Shown here: piece after piece, positions 36,640 through 48,959 of the stretch
How the letters are laid out: every line of letters begins with the position of its first letter
How positions within the stretch are numbered: the stretch's first letter is position 1
Source: Mobula hypostoma
Lineage: Eukaryota
Direction of reading: 5' to 3'
DNA length: 64,000 bases
Assembly: GCF_963921235.1 (NCBI RefSeq)
Contig: NC_086101.1
Location: forward strand, 4,652,001-4,716,000
Notes under the pieces: model-generated
The model's database searches: none
Told to the model about the DNA's origin: nothing
The model's input: only the letters and a program-made list of their open reading frames with translations
Program-made: the position numbers and the translations under genes

Positions 36640-39600
36640 AGTAGTGCGGGGGGGGAGGGGATGAACTGGAAATATAAGAATGGAGTTAAAGGGAAAGAGA
36701 GAATAAGGAAAGTTAAGAAAGACAACAGAATTAAAGGGGCAGAAAGCTCAGGAAGGGATCGGAGAGTATGGCCAAATGCAATAGGAATTGATGTGAAAGG
36801 TGAGGGGATGAAAGTATTACTTTAAAAGGATTTAAAGTATTGTATATGAATGCACGGAGTATAAGAAATAAAGTGGATAAGCTTGAGGCTCAGTTGGAAA
36901 TTGGTAAGTATGATGTTGTGGGAATAACAGAGACATGGCTTCAAGTGGACAGGGCCTGGCAAATGAATATTCAAGGGTATACGTCCTATCGAAAAGACAG
37001 GCTGATGGGCAGAGGGGATGGGGTGGCTCTGTTGGTGAGGAATGAAATTCAGTCACTTGCGAGGGGTGACATAGAATCAGGAGGTGTAGAGTCAGTATGG
37101 ATAGAACTGAGAAACTGTAAGGGCAAAAAGACCCTGATGGGAGTTATCTACAGGTCCCCAAATAGTAGCCTGGATGTAGGGTGTAAGTTGAATCAAGAGT
37201 TAAAATTGGCATGTCGCAAAGGTAATACTACGGTTGTTATGGGGGATTTCAACATGCAGGTAGACTGGGAAAATCAGGCTGGTACTGGACCCCAAGAAAG
37301 GGAGTTTGTGGAATGCCTCAGAGATGGATTCTTAGAGCAGCTTGTATTAGAGCCTATCAGGGAGAAGGCAATTCTGGATTTAGTGTTGTGTAATGAACCG
37401 GATTTGATAAGGGAACTCCAGGTAAAGGAGCCATTAGGAGGTAGTGACCATAATATGATAAGTTTTAATCTACAATTTGAGAGGGAGAAGGGAAAATCGG
37501 AAGTGTCAGTATTACAGTTGAGCAAAGGGGACTATGGACACATGAGGGAGGAGCTGGCCAAAGTTGACTGGAAAGATACCCTAGCAGGGATGACAGTGGA
37601 ACAACAATGGCAGGAATTTCTGGGAAGAATGCGGAAGGTGCAGGATCAGTTCATTCCAAAGAGGAAGAAAGGTTCTAAGGGAAGTAAGGGGTGACCGTGG
37701 ATGACAAGGGAAGTAATGGACAGTAGAAAAATAAAAGAGAGGAAGTATAACATAGCAAGTATGAGCAGGAAGCCGGAGGATTGGGAGACTTTTAAGGAGC
37801 AACAGAAGATAACTAAAAAGGCAATATCGGGGTGAAAGATTAGGTACGAAAGTAAGCTAGCCAAGAATATAAAGGAGGGTAGTAAAAGCTTCTTTAGGTA
37901 CGTGAAGAGGAAAAAATTAGTTAAGACCAAAGTTGGGCCCTTGAAGACAGAAACGAGTGAATTTATTATGGGGAACAAGGAAATGGCAGACCAGCTGAAC
38001 AGGTACTTTGGATCTGTCTTCACTAGGGAAGACGCAAACAATCTCCCTGATGTAATAGTGGCCAGAGGACCTAGGGTAACAGAGGAACTGAAGGAAATTT
38101 GCAGCAGGCACAAAATGGTGTTGAGTAAACTGATGGGACTGAAGGCTGATAAATCCCCAGGGCCTGATGGTCTGCATCCCAGGGTACTTAAGGAGGTGGC
38201 TCTAGAAGTTGTGGACGCATTGGTAATCATTTTCCAATGTTCTATAGATTCAGGATCAGTTCCTGTGGATTGGAGGGTAGCTAATGTTATCCCACTTTTT
38301 AAGAAAGAAGGGAGAGAGAAAACTGGCAATTATAGACCAGTTAGTCTGATGTCAGTGGTGGGGAAGATGTTGGAATCAATTATAAAAGATGAAATAGCGG
38401 CATATTTGGATAGCAGTAGCAGGATAGGTCCAAGTCAGCATGGATTTATGAAGGGGAAGTCATGCTTGAATAATCTTCTGGAATTTTTTGAGAATGTAAC
38501 TATGAAAATGGACATGGGAAAGCCAGTGGATGTAGTGTACCTGGACTTTCAGAAAGCCTTTGATAAGGTCCCACATAGGAGGTTAGTGTGCAAAATTAGA
38601 GCAAATGGTATTGGGGGTAGGGTACTGACATGGATAGAAAATTGGTTGGCAGACAGGAAACAAAGAGTAGGGATTAACTGGTCCTTTTCTGAATGGCAGG
38701 CAGTGACTAGTGGGGTACCGCAAGGCTCGGTGCTGGGACCACAGCTATACACAATAGACATTAATGATTTAGATGAAGGGATTAAAAGTAACATTAGCAA
38801 ATTTGCAGATGACACAAAGCTGGGTGGCAGTGTGAAATGTGAGGAGGATGTTATGAGAATGCAGGGTGACTTGGACAGGTTGGGTGAGTGGGCAGATGCA
38901 TGGCAGATGCAGTTTAATGTGGATAAATGTGAGGTTATCCACTTTGGTAGCAAGAACAGGAAGGCAGATTACTATCTGAATGGTGTCAAGTTAGGAAAAG
39001 GGGAAGTACAATGAGATCTTGGTGTCCTTGTTCATCAGTCACTGAAAATAAGCATGCAGGTACATCAGGCAGTGAAGAAAGCTAATAGCATGTTGGCCTT
39101 CATAACAAGAGGAATTGAGTATAGGAGCAAAGAGGTCCTTCTGCAGCTGTACAGGGCCCTGGTGAGACCACACCTGGAGTGTTGTGTACAGTTTTGGTCT
39201 CCAAATTTGAGGAAGGACATTCTAGCTATTGAGGGAGTACAGCGTAGGTTCACAAGGTTAATTCCCGGGATGGCGGGACTGTCATATGTTGAAAGATTCG
39301 AGCAACTGGGGTTGTATACACTGGAATTTAGAAGGATGAGAGGGGATCTGATTGAAACATACAAGATTATTAAGGGATTGGACACGCTAGAGGCAGGAAA
39401 CATGTTCCCGATGTTGGGGGAGTCCAGAACCAGAGGCCACAGTTTAAGAATAAGGGGTAGACAATTTAGAATGGAGTTGAGGAAAAACTTTTTCACACAG
39501 AGGGTTGTGGTTCTGTGGAATGCTCTACCTCAGAAGACAGTGGAGGCCAATTCTCTGGATTCTTTCAAAAAAGAGTTAGATAGAGCTCTTAAAGATAGCG

Positions 39601-39730
39601 GAGTGAAGGGATATGGGGAGAAGACAGAAAAAGGGTACTGATTGTGGATGATCAGTCATGATCACAGTGAAGGGTGGTGCTGGCTGGAAGGGCTGAATGG
39701 CCTACTCCTGCACCTATTGTCTATTGTCTG
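36640..39730 (+). mobile_element. CR1 LINE with near-complete ORF2, inserted in the Rex1 3' UTR
   Basis: MYMNARSIRNK endonuclease start, RT motifs, in-frame stops, (ctattgt)n tail. Confidence 0.95.
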
Positions 39731-40247
39731 TTATTACAAATACTATTCTATTTGCTATACTATTTATTACAAATTACTAATTTGCACGTTGCACATTTGG
39801 TCAGAGACGTAACGTAGTTTTACTCCTCGTGTACGTGAAGGATTTAGGAACTAAAGTGAATTGAAGACGTACGGGTTCGGGTTGTGGACTTGCTATGTTG
39901 ACGCCGGAAGCATGGTGACATTTGCAGACGCCCCAGTACAATCCTCTGACTGACCGTCATTGACCCAAATGACAAAATTCGATGTATGTGTGACAAATAC
40001 AACTAATCTTTTATTTTCCCTCTCTCATAACCCACCCTCAAACCATGACCACAATGGTCCTGAATTAGATCTTTGAATTCTCCTTCTCGACTGGTTGCTG
40101 ACCACAGGAGGAGGCATTTAAGACCCTCTGATGACGGTTGGCTGTGTGTGTGAAGTGTGGTAGGTGGAGTCGGTTGGAGTGCGTTCATTACGCAATCAAG
40201 TATCAATGGGCTGCGCTGACCGGGATTCGATCCTGACTCTGGGGATG

Positions 40248-40248
40248 G

Positions 40249-40279
<31 letters not shown>

Positions 40280-40612
40280 AAGAGAGTGAGAAAGTATGGT
40301 GTGTGTATGTGTGTGCGCGTGAGTATATGTGTGTGTATTTAGTGTGTTTGTGTCTGTGTGTGTGTGTGGTTGTGTGCATGTTTTGTGTGTGTGAGTGTGC
40401 TTGTGTGTCTGCGTGCGTGTTTGAGTGTGTGTGTGTTTGTGTGTGTCTGTCTCTGTGTGTTCGTGTGTGTGTCTGTGTGTGTGATGTGTTAGTGTCTGAG
40501 TGTGTGTGTGTGTGTGTGTGTTTGTGTGTCTGCAGGTGTGTGTGTGCGTGCATGTTTATGTGTGCGTGTGTGATGTTCTGATTGTGTCTGTGTGTCTGTA
40601 TATGCACGCACG
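40248..40612. repeat. Degenerate (GT)n microsatellite
   Basis: Direct observation. Confidence 0.95.
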
Positions 40613-40837
40613 CCTGTACGTTCTCCCTGTCTGCGACAGTTCGTTCTACGCTTCCTCTCTCATCCCCGCTTGCTCGGTCTGACTATACCTTACCACCACC
40701 CCCCCCACCCCCACAGTGGAGGTGAGTGACCGGTGGGGAACTGAGCAGGAAAGGGTTGGAAGAAATTGAGGGAAAATGTCTGATGGGTTTACTCTGAGGT
40801 AGGGCACGTGAAAGGACAGCTGTGAAATTCAGAACGG

Positions 40838-42140
40838 CTGGTGTCCTGTCACACTCAACTCAATAATAAGCAAATGATTTGAGAGGCTGGTCAAGGATTA
40901 CATCTGCAGCTTGCTGCCACCCACACTGGAACCCCTACAATTCGCCTACCAGCACAACCGATCGACAGATGACACAATAGCCACAGCTCGACACACCGTC
41001 CTTACACATCTGGAGAAGAAGGATGCTTTTGTGAGAATGCTGTTCTTGGACTGCAGTTCAGCATTCAACACCATAGTTCCATCCAGGCTCGACAAGAAGC
41101 TCAGAGACCTCGGCCTTCACCCTGCCTTGTGCAGCTGGATCCTGGACTTCCTGTCAGATCGCCGGCAGGTGGTAAGAGTGGGCTCCCTCACCTCCACCCC
41201 TCTGACTCTCAATACAGGTGCCCCTCAGGGCTGTGAACTAAGCCCCTCCTTTACTCCCGGTAAACCCATAATGGTGTCGGCACCTACAGCTCCAATCTGC
41301 TAATTAAATTTGCCAACGACACCACTGATTGGCCTTATCTCAAATAATAATGAGGCAGCCTACAGAGAAGAAGTCATCACCCTGACACAGTGGTGTCAAG
41401 AAAACAACCTCTCCCTCAATGTCGCAAAAACAAAGGAGCTGGTTGTGGATTACAGGAGCAATGGAGACAGGCTAACCCCTATTGACATCAATGGATCTGG
41501 GGTTGCGAGGGTGAACAGCTTCAAGTTCCTCGGCATCCACATCACTGAGGACCTCACGTGGTCTGTACACACCAGCTGTGGTGAAAAAGGCACAACAGCG
41601 CCTCTTTCACCTCAGACAGTTGAGGAAGTTTGGTATGGGTCCCCAAATCCCAAGAACTTTCTACAAGGACACAATTGAGAGCATCCTGACTGGCTGCATC
41701 ACTGCCTGGTATGAGAATTGTACCTCCCTCAATCACAGGACTCTGCAGAGAGTGGTGTGGACAGTCCAGTGCATCTGTAGTTGTGAAGATCCCACGATTC
41801 AGGACATTTACAAAGACAGGTGTGAGAAAAGGGCCCGAAGGATTATTGGGGACCCGAGTCACTCCAACCACAAACTGTTCCAGTTGCTACCATCTGGGAA
41901 GTGATTCTGCAACATAAAAGCCAGGACCAACAGGCTCTGGGATAGCTTCTTCCACCAGACAATCAGACTGATTAATTTATACTGACACAATTGTATTTCT
42001 ATGTTATATTGACTGTTCCATTGTACATACTATTCATTATAAAGTGCCCATTGCACATTGAGACAGAGATGTTATGTAAAGATTTTTACTCCTCATGGAT
42101 ATGAAGGATGTAAGTAATAAAGTCAATTCAAATTCAAATC
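40838..42140 (+). mobile_element. 5'-truncated Rex1/Babar-type LINE, same family as 35440-36630
   Basis: Near-identical sequence to 35440-36630. (aattc)n tail. Confidence 0.9.
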
Positions 42141-42742
42141 TGAAGGCTACAAGAAATAGGAGCAGAACTAGGCCATTCAGCTCATCGAGTATGCTGCACT
42201 ATTCCATCATGTCTGATTTATTATCCCTCTCAACCCCATTCTCCAGCCTCCTGCCCGTTACCCTACTGCCCTGACTAATCAAGAAGCGATCACCCCCCCT
42301 CCCCGCCCTTCACTGCTATCGTGTTCACCTATGCTGTCTTGTCTCCCTTTGAGGGAAAACTCAAGCGATGGATTTACATTATATTCTTACCGGGAACTGC
42401 TTCCCCCAGCACCCCTAACCCATCTCACCCTCCCCGACTTCGTGTAAGTTTTCTGTCGCATCCGAGGACAACAGGAAACCTGTGCCGGAGAGTTTTTAAA
42501 GTGGAAAAGCTGTTGTAATGGGGCATTTCCGCTCTCTGGGCCTCGGAACTCCGGATCCAGTGATACGAGTAGTCGTCACAAAGTCCTTTTTGGCTGCAGT
42601 GGATGGGAGACCATGGTTTCTTCTGTGTCTTGCCACGCCCTTCGCTCTCCACGAAGCGTGGCCGTTGAATTTCACTGTAGATGTCATCTGCCCTGCCCGC
42701 CAGAGCTGCCTTCACACGCTAGGGCAGGCACGTTCCTATCTC

Positions 42743-43400
42743 GCAAACACCAGGAAATCGCCAGATGCTGGAATTTCAAGCAACACACGCAAAATGCTGG
42801 TGAACGCAGCAGGCCAGGCAGCATCTCTAGGAAGAGGTACAGTCGACGTTTCGGGCCGAGACCCTTCGTCAGGACTAACTGAAGGAAGAGCTAGTAAGAG
42901 ATTTGAAAGTAGGAGGGGAGGGGGAGATCCAAAATGATAGGAGAAGACAGGAGGGGGAGGGATGGAGCCAAGAGCTGGACAGGTAATTGGCAAAGGGGAT
43001 ATGAGGCTGGAGAAGGGGGAGGGTCATGGGACGGGAGGAGAGGAGCACCAGAGGAAGATGGAGAGCAGGCAAGGAGTTATAGTGAGAGGGACAGAGGGAG
43101 AAAAAAGAGAAGGAAAAAGAAAGGGAAAGAAAATAAATAAATAATAATAAATAACGGATGCGGTAAGAAGGGAGGAGGGGCATTAACGGAAGTTTGAGAA
43201 GTCAATGTTCATGTCATCAGGTTGGAGGCTACCCAGACGGAATATAATGTGTTGTTCCTCCAACGTGAGTGTGGCTTCATCTTTACAGTAGAGGCGGCCG
43301 TGGATAGACATGTCAGAATGGGAATGGGATGTGGAATTAAAATGTGTGGCCACTGGGAGATCCTGCTTTCTCTGGCGGACAGAGCGTAGGTGTTCAGCGA
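42743..43400 (-). mobile_element. Young 5'-truncated Penelope-like element (GIY-YIG C-terminus + pLTR) abutting the TRIM-B promoter
   Basis: Minus strand encodes ...HFNSTSHSHSDMSIHGRLYCKDEATLTLEEQHIIFRLGSLQPDDMNIDFSNFR. (ttta)n tract, pyrimidine tract, pLTR. Confidence 0.85.
42841..42876 (-). ncRNA. Minimal type-I hammerhead ribozyme motif in a Penelope pLTR
   Basis: AGUC-CUGACGA-A-GGGUCUCGGCCC-GAAAC-GUC^GACU on the minus strand. Confidence 0.72.
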
Positions 43401-43531
43401 TCCCACCGGGGTGCGAGGCTGTGAGCTACCCCTGCCTCGTTTGGCTGGCCTCCTGAAGCGGTGTACCGGGGCGTGGCCGCTGTCACATGCAAGGAGCCAC
43501 GGATGAGAGCTGAGTACCGGTGGGACCCAAG

Positions 43532-43753
43532 GTGAGTGAGCTGCCTCAGAACGGACACGACAAGCCCCGTCACCAGAGGTGCTGCCTCTCCTCTTTGAGA
43601 GACGCGGCTCTGGGCGGGACTCCGCTGGCAGTGCCAGCGCTCCGGGTGGCCCCGCCCTTCTGTGACTTGACGGGGAGAGATACCACGTCCCATATATGGG
43701 GACATATCATTTAAATGCCCGTGCGTCTCCCTCCCTCTCCCCGCCTCTTTCAG
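43532..43753 (+). other. Probable 5'-UTR intron of TRIM-B
   Basis: Consensus donor AAG|GTGAGT at 43532. Long pyrimidine tract ctccctccctctccccgcctctttcag ending 43753, 78 nt before the ATG. Confidence 0.55.
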
Positions 43754-43831
43754 ACAGCTGATGTTCAGGAGGGAGCGGCTCCCTAGGGCTTGCGAGTTGG
43801 ACGGAGCGCTGGAACAGGGTCTGCACCGGCC

Positions 43832-44218
43832 ATGGCCACGCGGGAAACCGGGCCATGTCAGCTGTGCGGCCGGGCGTCCACAGACCTGGTGACCTTCGGC
43901 TGCGGGCACGCCTACTGCGGCGACTGCGCTCCCCGGCATCGGGGTGCGGAGGGCGCCGTGTGCGCACGGTGCAGCATCGGACTGGGGCAGAGGCTTCGCT
44001 TTCCGTCGGAGGAGTCCGAGGGATTCGGACGCCGGGGCTCCGAGAAGCGGGAGAAGGCGGGCGCCAGGCCCCTGTGCGAAGAGCACCAGGAGGAGGTAAA
44101 ACTCTTCTGCGAGACGGAGAGGAAAATGATCTGCGTGAACTGCCTGGACAGGAGAGACGAGCGCAGTCACACCTCCCACAACTTCATGCTTTTGAATGAG
44201 GCGGTGGATATCTATAGG
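43832..44218 (+). CDS. TRIM-B coding exon 1: divergent RING (C3HC4) + B-box2
   Basis: gccATGG Kozak. MATRETGPCQLCGRASTDLVTFGCGHAYCGDC...CARC...CEEHQEEVKLFCETERKMICVNCLDRRDERSHTSHNFMLLNEAVDIYR. Ends AGG|GTAAGC, 387 bp, phase 0. CpG island. Confidence 0.88.
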
Positions 44219-45246
44219 GTAAGCGGTTCGGCCGCGGTCGTGCGTTCTCCCCACCCCCGCAACCCCGAATCCTGTCCCAGGGAGGGCGCGGAAGAGAATG
44301 CAGAGACCGCAGACCCAGCGGGGTGGGAATAATCAAGAGCCTGGGCTGACCCCTTGTCGGGAGGAGGCTGAGCGGATATGGATGTGGACTGGATCAAGGC
44401 TTGTTTGCACGGGGCGACCAGAAGGGAACTTTAAGACAAGAAAATAGCACATTACAGCACAGCATAGGCCATTCGGCCCACTATGTTGTGCTGTCTTTGA
44501 TCAATCTAATCTTTCCCGTCCTACATAACTCTCCATTATCGTCCATGTTCCTAACCGGCTTCAGCACCACCCCTGGCTGCGCGTTCCTCACACCACACAC
44601 CCACCACTCTCCATGTGAAGAAATTACCTCTGACATCCACCCTATTCCGCCCTCCCATCCATTCGCCTTAAAATTATGTTCCCTCCTATTGGTCTCGGAA
44701 AAATCACTGGCTGTCTCTGCCTCTGATCACCTTGTACAGCTCTATCCAGTCACCTCGCATCCTCCTTCCCTCCAAAGAGAAAAGCTCGAGCTCGCTCCAC
44801 AGAAAACAGGCCTTGTAATCCAGCGGGCATCCTGGTGAATCTCCTCTGCACTCTCTTTAAAGCATCCACATCCCTTCCTATAATGAGGCGACCAAAACTG
44901 AGCACTGGCGTGATCATTGGCGGCGAGGAGCTGATTGTCAAAGACTTCTGAGCTAGATTCAGAAACCCGCCCCGGGGTTAAACCGTTCGTGGCCAAGGTT
45001 ACTGAATAGCCACGATACGAGAGGCAGCTGACCGTGATCGGGGAAGGAAGCACGGAACGCGGGTAGAGGGACTACACATTTTTACATCATGTTAGCCACG
45101 GTACACGATACCGTGCCGGAGGGCCGGGCCGGGCCCGCCGAGTCGAAAGACGTACGCTTTCGAAAGCCCGCGTGAAACGGCAGAGCCGTCGACCCACAGG
45201 AGGCCCATTCTTGGTGGCGGTGTCGAAAGAAACTGTTTACAAGCTA

Positions 45247-45502
45247 CAAACACGAGGAAATCGCAGATGCTGCAAATTCAAGCAACACACATCAAAGTTG
45301 CTGGTGAACGCAGCAGGCCAGGCAGCATCTCTAGGAAGAGGTGCAGTTGACGTTTCGGGCCGAGACCCTTCGCAGGACTAACTGAAAGAAGAGATAGTAA
45401 GAGATTTGTCCTGACGAAGGGTCTCGGCCTGAAACGTCGACTGTACCTCTTCCTAAAGATGCTCCCTGGCCCGCTGCGTTCACCAGCAACTTTGATGTGT
45501 GC
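45247..45502. mobile_element. Penelope-derived inverted duplication; plus-strand hammerhead motif at 45408-45441
   Basis: Arms at about 45285-45378 and 45408-45502. GUC-CUGACGA-A-GGGUCUCGGCCU-GAAAC-GUC^GAC. Flanked by tgtttacaagct on both sides. Confidence 0.75.
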
Positions 45503-45509
45503 TGTTTAC

Positions 45510-46130
45510 AAGCTGTGGCCGTTTACAAGAAGGGGATGAGCGGTCTCTGTTTTCTAAGGAAGCTGAGATCCTTCAATGTGTGCAGCGGGATGCTGGAGAT
45601 CTTTAATCATCTTCTTTGCGGCTTTACGTTGGGGGGAACAGCATCGGTACCGGTGATACAAAAAGACTAAATGAACTCATCGAAAAGGCTGGGTCCGGCC
45701 TTGGCTACAGCACGGACTCTTTTGAGTTAGTGGTGGAGAGGAGGTCACTAAACAAACTGTTATCCCTGGTGGACAATCTGACACATCCTCTCCGTGACCT
45801 ACTGAATGAACAGCGGAGCGCCCTTTCGAACAGACTCATTCAGTTCCGCGGTCACAAGGGTCGTTACAAAAAATCTTTCCCATCAAATGCAATAAGCATT
45901 AGCAGTTCATCTCTGTGCGACAGGAGAACACACATCATAGTACAATAGTCTCTGCTTTATTATTTCATATACAGTATTAATATTGCTCATTGGTAAATTA
46001 TTATTGTGTATATTATCATTCAGTACTTTATCATTAGTTAAGTCTGCACAGCGCATGTGTTTTCAAATGGTGCTGCTATAACGAGAGAATTTCCCACTCG
46101 GGATCAATTAAAGTATTTACTATTATTATC
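45510..46130 (+). mobile_element. Old Rex1-like LINE 3' fragment
   Basis: Similar to 33770-34320 (KKGMSGLCFLRKLRSFN...). Confidence 0.7.
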
Positions 46131-46336
46131 AATATTATTTAAAAAAAGAGAAACAGTCAAACCGGGATGACAGGGGGGAAATATAATTCATTGGGCTGCA
46201 AGGAATTGTTCTATAAGGGGGCCAACATAGAGCCAAGGGGCCGAATTACCTTCGCACGGTATCTGTTTTATGGTGTAATTTACTCGTTCTAACACATCTT
46301 TAATAAACGCTTCCGTCCCTTCGCTGTGAATCTTAG

Positions 46337-46432
46337 GACAAAATAAACAACATCATATACTCGCTCAAACAGAGGCAAACGACCTTCCAAGATTTCGAGC
46401 TAAAGCAGCTGGAAAGCATCTCGGGCATTAAG
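46337..46432 (+). CDS. TRIM-B exon 2 (96-bp coiled-coil exon; not in the ORF track)
   Basis: tcttag|GAC...AAG|gtaatt. Encodes DKINNIIYSLKQRQTTFQDFELKQLESISGIK, aligning with TRIM-A exon 2 (same length and phase). Confidence 0.88.
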
Positions 46433-46864
46433 GTAATTTATTTCTATCTAAAGAGACGCCCTTCCGACGCTGCCCGATTTAACCCTATAGAGGAGCGTCC
46501 CTCTGCAACAGAAGTGAGGAGGGATTTCTTTAGCCAGAGGCTGGTAAATCTGTGAAATTCTTTGCCACAGACGGCTGTGGAGGCCAAGTCACTGGGTTTT
46601 ATTTAACCGCATTTAAAGTTTTTTTTAATGTACCCAGTGACAGGAACAACACTATCACCGTGCTGTCGCTGTGGTGTTTCCGAGAATTTAGTGAACTCGA
46701 GGTACAGCGCGGAACAGACCCTTGGAACCGCGCTATGCCGCATCCCGCCAAGTTAACCCTTTTCTAATCACGGGACAATTACAATGACCAATTAACCTAC
46801 TAACTGGTACATCTTTGGAACTGTGGGAGGAAACCGGAGCACCCGGAAGAAAAACACACACACA

Positions 46865-46912
<48 letters not shown>

Positions 46913-47329
46913 AAGAAACGTACAAATTGCTTATAGAGTACGCGGGAATTGAACTCGGAATTCTGATGACTCGAGCGGTAATAACGTCGTGCTGCTGTGG
47001 CACCCGTGTAGGCGGCCTGTTACCGGACCCTGGTGGAAAGATCAAAGTTGAAGGTAAATTTATTATCAAAGTACACGCATGTCACCATACACAACCCAGA
47101 GATTCATTTTCCTGCGGGCATTCTCAGTAACACCACAGAATCAAAAAAAGACTGCATCCAACAGGACAAACAACCAATGTGCAAAAGAAAACAAACTGTG
47201 CAAATACAAATAAATATATAACAATAATACATAAATAAATATCGAGAACAGGAGATGAAGAGCCCCTGAAAGTCAGTCCATAGGTTGTGGGAACATTTCG
47301 GTGATTTGGTTCCGGGCTCTGATGATTGG

Positions 47330-47665
47330 GGGGTAATAATTGTCTCGGAACCTGGTGGTGTGGGTCCTGAGGCTCCTGTACCTCCTGCCTGATGGTGGCA
47401 GCAGTGAGACGAGAACGTGGCCTGGGTGGTGGTTCCTGATGGTTGAGGGGGTAATGACTGTTCCTGACCCTGGTGGTGTGGGTCCTGGGACTCCTGTACC
47501 TCCTGCCTGATGGTGGCAGCAGTGAGACGAGAACGTGGCCTGGGTGGTGGTTCCTGATGGTTGAGGGGAAATAATTGTCTCGGAACCTGGTGGTGTGGGC
47601 CCTGAGGCTCCTGGACCTCCTGCCTGATGATGACAGCAGTGAGATGACAGCATGGCCGGGGTGGT
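47330..47665 (-). repeat. Tandem triplication (about 118-bp period) of a Rex1-derived 3'-end module (SGRRYRSLRTHTTRFR)
   Basis: Three consecutive copies. The same module occurs at about 3200, 26940, 32145 (x2), 60800 and 63930. Confidence 0.8.
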
Positions 47666-48959
47666 GCGGGGAGTCTTGCTGATTTGATGCTGTTTTCCTG
47701 TGACAGCGCTCCATGTAGGTGTGTGCAGAGCTGGGGAGGGCTTCACCCGAGGTGGGCTGGGTTGTATGGTTTTGGGCATACCGACGGCGTGGCCGTTTGA
47801 CATTCGGCTGTGCCTCAGTTCTGGGGGTGTCGGTAAGGGAGAGGTCACTGATATTGGTTTACTTATCGTTGCAGTCAGTTTGGAGGATATTTTACTTGCT
47901 GGCGTTCCACCAATGCTTTGAGGTCCCATCCCGTCCACGGATGCCCTGTCTCCCAAGCTGCTCAGCTTAGGCTTGTTATGGCCAACCAGTTGTAAACCCA
48001 TGCAGCCAACGGAATTTTACAAATTTACAACACCCCAGCGGAGAAACAGCATCTAGCCCATGCTGAACTGTTATTCTGCACAGTATCATCAACACGCACC
48101 TGGACCATAGCCCTCCATATTGGTCCTATCTATGTACTGATCCAAACGTCTTCTAAATGTTAAAATTGAACCCTCATTCACCACTTCTGCCGTCAGCTCA
48201 TTCCACACTCTCAGCACTCTCTGAGCAAAGAAACTCCCTTCCAGCTTTCTTTAATATTTCATCCCTTACCTTTCAGCTATGACCTCTAGATCTACTCTCG
48301 CCCAACCTCAGCGGAAAAGCATTTACTCTATCCATACGTCTCATTCTCCTACCTGCCAGGGAGTAAATTCCTGACTTATTCAATCTTTCCCTAAACCTCA
48401 GCTCTTCAAGTCCTGGCAACATCCTTGTATATTTTATGTACATTTTTTCAATCTTATTGATATCCTTCCCGTAGGCAGGTGATCAAAATTACACATACGT
48501 AATACTCCATTGTGGGTGAGCGCACATCTCACGCAACCTCTTGTGGTCCCAGAACGCATCCTATACAATCAGGAAAGCTCACCAACGCCTCCACATTCTG
48601 AGGAGGCTAATAAGAGCTCGACTTTGCACATCTATATTCGGGTCATTCTAGAGATGCACAGTAGAGAGCATCCCGACGAGCTGCATCACTGCTCGGTACG
48701 GAACCTCCACTGTGGCAGACAGAGAGGCACTAAAATGGGTAGTCAAAACTGCCCAACGCCTCACCGGCACCAGCCTACCCACCGTCAAGGCAGTATATAC
48801 AGAGCAGAGCCGGTAACACAATGAACGATCCATCCCACCCAGATGGACAGATTGCTTGTCCCACACCCATCATGGAGGAGGAAACGTAGCATCCACCAGA
48901 CCCAAAAACAGTCCCCAAGTGGTAAGGCAGGCCAAGACCTCCACCAACTAACCCATCCC

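Larger units (their letters stand above)
43395..45240. promoter_or_regulatory. CpG island over the TRIM-B promoter/exon 1
   Basis: High GC/CpG with GC boxes (gggcggg about 43612, cccgccc about 43651). Confidence 0.7.

Noticed and set aside
40203..40682. Cys/Val- or His/Thr-rich ORFs (also 61031-61734)
   Set aside because: Translations of (GT)n microsatellites.
43394..44254. 286-aa antisense ORF over TRIM-B exon 1
   Set aside because: Shadow ORF of a GC-rich coding exon, with no domain features.
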